From NCBI RefSeq assembly GCF_009914755.1, contig NC_060943.1: 64,000 nt of DNA; one strand, given 5' to 3'. This stretch comes from the human T2T-CHM13v2.0 reference genome, Homo sapiens. A model generated the notes under the pieces. It was not told where the DNA came from. It made no database searches and worked only from the letters and a program-made list of their open reading frames with translations. A program made the translations under genes and the position numbers. Below, one piece after another: positions 59,633 to 64,000 of the stretch (positions are counted from its first letter, which is position 1; each line of letters starts with the position of its first letter).

Positions 59633-61656
59633 CCCACCCCAGGCTGCCCCTCCAGGTTTCACATCGAAGAGACCTGAAGGGTCAAGGTTTCAAAGGACAA
59701 CAGTGTTAAGAAACAGTTTCTGGGGCAGGGAACACATCTGCCAAGGAGAGGGTCGGAAGGAAAACGAGAATGAAGGAGTAGGTGCCTCCTGCTCCACTTC
59801 TGAGACATACAAGGCAAGTGGCAGATGGTCTCATTGGGAGCATGCAAATAAACGTTCCGTCTATTTTAGATCCTGTACTCAACGGGATCAATATGATAGG
59901 TCACATGTGTATTGACAGAATCTTCAGATGTTAAGAGTCACCCCCAAAAGCTTGGGATTGAAATAACATAACATAAAGATCCATCAAAAGCCTCCTCTCT
60001 CCACAGTCCAACCAGGCAGAAGATGCTGTAGAGACAGGCCCCCGTGGCCCTGTAGAGGTGGGCAGTGCCCTTCACAGAGGCTCTTCCAGGGATCTCTGCC
60101 CAGGCACCACCACCCTGCGGTGACTGTTCACTCATGTGGTCACCTCCTGCACTGGACTGTGCCCTGGGCTGTTGAGGTCAGCCCTGGGTCTCGGCCACCT
60201 CTGATGCCCTACATGTCCCTGGGACTGGGCAGGGAAAGAGTGCAAGAGGAATGTCTGGGGAAAAAGAACTGGACGTTCAAGACAAATACAAGACAGTCAA
60301 GGGCAGGGTGCACATCAGAACACAGTCAGCGTCCATGGTGTCCACAACTTGGTCCTGAGGGCTCAGGGAAGGGGCACCAGTGTGGGCCAGAGTCTACAGC
60401 AGATACAGTGGCTGCTACAAGGCTGGTGCAAGGCCTCAAAAGATGGATAGGAGAAAGACAGAGAAATGGAAAACATATTCCAGGACAGCAGTACCGGGGG
60501 CAGGGCTGGGCACATGGTACTGGCCCACCTGCAGTCAAAGAGGGCTGGCCACCCCCGAGCTGGATGGGCCGGGCTGGGCCCCCACATGCTGGGCAGAGAC
60601 AACTGGTCTCTCACAGCACTGTGTCTGGCCATGATCCCTGGGAACCTGCTTCTCACCCAGTGCCGTCATCTTCAACCAGGCTGTGTCCTGCCCAGGGGAA
60701 GGGGGAAGCTGCTTGGCCGCCAGAACTGGCTCCCCTGGCCACTTCCACACTGCAGCCCCGGCTCTTAGCATGGCCGACACATAATCTCTGTCTGGGGAAA
60801 TGTGGCTACAGGATGGCCCTGTCCAAAGCTGATGCTGCCAGGTCCAGGTTGGACTCCCAGTGGCAGGCATTGACTTCTGGGTGCTTCACATTCTACACGG
60901 CACTGACCTGCACAGGACGTGGGGTTGTGACAGCGCCCAGGGCCAGAGCACAGAGGCCTCCTGTGTGCCAGGCAGTGGTTTAGTGTCAGGGCCTTTGGTC
61001 AAGTAGACCACAGGGGCTCCCAGCTGTGCTCTCGCCTCTGTCCCAGCCCTGCCCCACTGGCAGGAAGGAGAGCTGGAGTCGAGGAGTCAGGGCAGCCCCT
61101 TTGACCTGCCTGAACTTGGTTGGCACAGATTCAAAACCCCAAGAGGACAGCCACATGCCTACCCAGGCCACACGACACCTGCTGGACAACCCCACTGAGA
61201 AGTGGATTGAAGTCAGGGGACCTCCAATGCTACTCTACAAGCCTTTCACAGCCTCGGGCTTTTCTGACAGTGGCATCTGCAGTCAACCAGGGCTCGAGAC
61301 ACACGAAGACCCCGGCCCAGCCTTGTGGTGACTTAGACCGTGTGCCACCGCTGCAGGCAGGCCCGCCTCTCAGAGACACCTCATGTAATCTCAGCGGCCA
61401 CAACCCAGGTCACCAGACACTTCTACCCACAGAGTCAGGGGCCTTCCCAGGCAAAGCAATGGCTCCGTAGAGAAGCCTGAGGCATGGGTTGCTGCCTACT
61501 CCTTCCAAATGGGAGCACCTGCGGCGCAGGGACTGGTGGCCAGGTGGTAGTGTCCCTGACATCCAGCAAGGTTGTGGCAGTGGAAGGAGAGGAACTCCAG
61601 GAGTGGAAGGCATGCTGGAAGCCCTGGGCTGCTCAGAGGAGGAGCCGGCTACCCAC

Positions 61657-61720
61657 CTCATCTACGTACTGGACGTCGTCCACGGCATACTTCTCCTTGA
61701 AGTGCTCCTTGGAATGGATC
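61657..61720 (-). CDS. PEPD: Prolidase exon 4 (64 nt): (K)[21 protein letters not shown]
   Basis: Minus strand reads ...cttttctttgag|GATCCATTCCAAGGAGCAC...GTAGATGAG|gtgggt, and the translation matches prolidase. Confidence 0.97.
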
Positions 61721-62132
61721 CTCAAAGAAAAGCACAAGGAATATCAGGGTCAGGGCTTGGTAATGGCTCAGCATGGCCACCTTCCTGCCTGCCAAGCCCA
61801 GGCCATGGAGCCCCAGTCCCATCCCTATCACGGTCAGCACCCAGCACCCAGCACCCGGCACCGAACAGGTCGGCCCAACACACACTTGGAGGGCAAAGGC
61901 CATTAGGCCATGGAGTGACGGCTGAACCACAGCTGCTTTCCTCAGCAAGCCCCGCTCCTCCGTGACCCTAGCCACCTGCAGCCAGCCCCTGCAGACAAAA
62001 CCCCTATCATCCCCTCCACTGCCAGAGACAGTCCACCAGGGCAGCCAGCCAGTGCACCCGTCCCTCTGTGGCATAAAACAATCTGCCTGCCAGGTCTTCA
62101 TGGAGCATCTTTAAAGGAAAGTTTATTTTAAG

Positions 62133-62586
<454 letters not shown>

Positions 62587-63105
62587 AAAAATTAGCATTT
62601 TTAGAAAGTCAGTATCAGTATTACTCAATGTGATGAGAAAAACTCAAGCTTATTCATTACCCCTGAAAAATCTGCCAGTGAGAAGACACAGAATGGATGA
62701 GGTTGGGCAGCCCTCGTCCACCTCCTGATGGGCCCTTTGGTCACAGCTGTGCTAGGCAGACCTCCAGCCTGGGTCCAGCAAGCCACCACCCCCAGGCTCT
62801 TGGTCAGGAGATAAGTCAATGTCTCTGTTAGTGACAGAGCTTACGCAAGGGGAAAGGAACACAAACTGCACAGGGGAGACACTGAGAGCCAAGTCCAATG
62901 ACGCACACATACTCGGTCCTATGTCATCCCACACCTGGGCCCCACCTCATCACACGGGCTCTATCCCCAGCCGTGCTCCAGCCCTCCAGCTGTCTGTGAC
63001 CTCACAGTGTTACAGTCACCAGGTGCTGGGTCCCAAATAGGCCTCAGACAAAAAAACAGCAGATGGTTTCTGGATGGTGTTTCCTGGGCTGTCAAGGGGT
63101 GGTGG

Positions 63106-63663
63106 TGAGGCAGGAGAATAGGGTCGGGAGGCGTTAGGGCTTTTTCATGCTGACTTCCTAGAACTAAATTGAAAGGAAAACCCTAACTTTCCACACCTAA
63201 GTAACAAAGGACCAGAGGCTGCTCCCTTTGCAAACCCCCCCTTTTTTTTGAGGCAGATGGGAAATTGAAAGTACCTCTGATTGCAAGTAGAGTCTTGGTT
63301 TGCAAAGAAACGCAACTTTGTAACTTCACTTTAGCCTCTGATTGGTTGCAGAAGTGAAGTTACAAAGGTTGCTTTCCACAACCAATCAGACTGATGGCAG
63401 GCCACCACTTCATTTACACCAGGCGAGCACCAAGTGGCCAATGGGAAACCTCCTGGGGGTATCTGGACCTGAGAAGATTCTGTCACTAGGCCTTGAGACT
63501 CTGCTCAGCCGGCTCCCACACTGTGGAGTGCACTTTCATTTTCAATAAATCTCTGCTTTCATTCTTTCGTTGCTTCATTCTTTCCTTTGTGTGTTTTGTC
63601 CAATTCTTTGTTCAAAATGGCAACAACCTGGACAACTTGCAGTCAAGACCCTCTACGGATAAC
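63106..63663 (+). mobile_element. ERV1 solo LTR (MER51-like)
   Basis: tgaggcaggagaatagggtc...gctgacttcctagaactaaa; several CCAAT boxes; AATAAA about 63544; ccaattctttgttcaaaa. Confidence 0.85.
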
Positions 63664-64000
63664 TGGGGGGCGGGGGGGGGGGTGTTGTGGGTGCCAAGGA
63701 TAATGTGCCTGGAGAACCCCACGGAACACGGTGGAGGGAGAGAACCTTGGGACTTGGAGGTGATGAACTTCACGAGTGAGCTCCTGAACTGGTGTCCTAT
63801 GTGCCATTCTCAGCCTTTGTGACACTAAGGACCAGCATCACCTGCAGGAAACAGAATCTGCTCCTCTCTCTGAGTCCTCCACCACTTCCCTCCCCACCCA
63901 AACCAGGAAGTACTGGCCACAGGGCCCAGGGACGGCTGCAGGGAGCAACAACAAGGAGCACTGAGGGCCCGGGAGACGCTGGTCTCACCGTAATCAATGG

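Noticed and set aside
60120-60983. 287-aa plus-strand ORF (also the 238-aa ORF at 47345-48061 and the 212-aa ORF at 46579-47217)
   Set aside because: GC-rich intronic sequence, mostly with non-ATG starts, no recognisable domain and no splice or promoter support.

Overview
This is primate, almost certainly human, genomic DNA. The whole 64 kb lies inside PEPD (prolidase / Xaa-Pro dipeptidase, 19q13.11), transcribed on the minus strand. Six short coding exons were read directly from the sequence, each with GT-AG boundaries. They splice in frame to (K)[113 protein letters not shown](S), i.e. exons 4-9 and roughly residues 110-224 of the protein as I recall it. The supplied ORF track misses this gene structure, and its long ORFs are repeat or low-complexity artefacts. 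The rest is intron: about 28 Alu pieces (most antisense to PEPD), old L1/L2/MIR relics, three ERV1 solo LTRs (MER66-, LTR10C- and MER51-like), an MLT1 LTR, an internally deleted Tigger1, several minisatellites, and a few repeat-free, motif-dense blocks that look like enhancers. No new protein-coding or prokaryote-type system is supported. The best leads concern RNA processing and are hypotheses. (1) Exon 9 regenerates a 5' splice site when joined to exon 8, making it a recursive-splicing candidate. (2) A sense-oriented LTR10C inside an Alu in intron 5 carries CCAAT, TATA and AATAAA, so it could terminate PEPD early or drive a catalytic-domain-only isoform from Met190. (3) Two mutually exclusive hairpins overlie a cryptic acceptor in intron 6. 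(4) Inverted Alu pairs bracket exons 5, 6 and 7. Repeat subfamily names come from recalled consensus sequences, and repeat boundaries are approximate unless a target-site duplication (TSD) is given.
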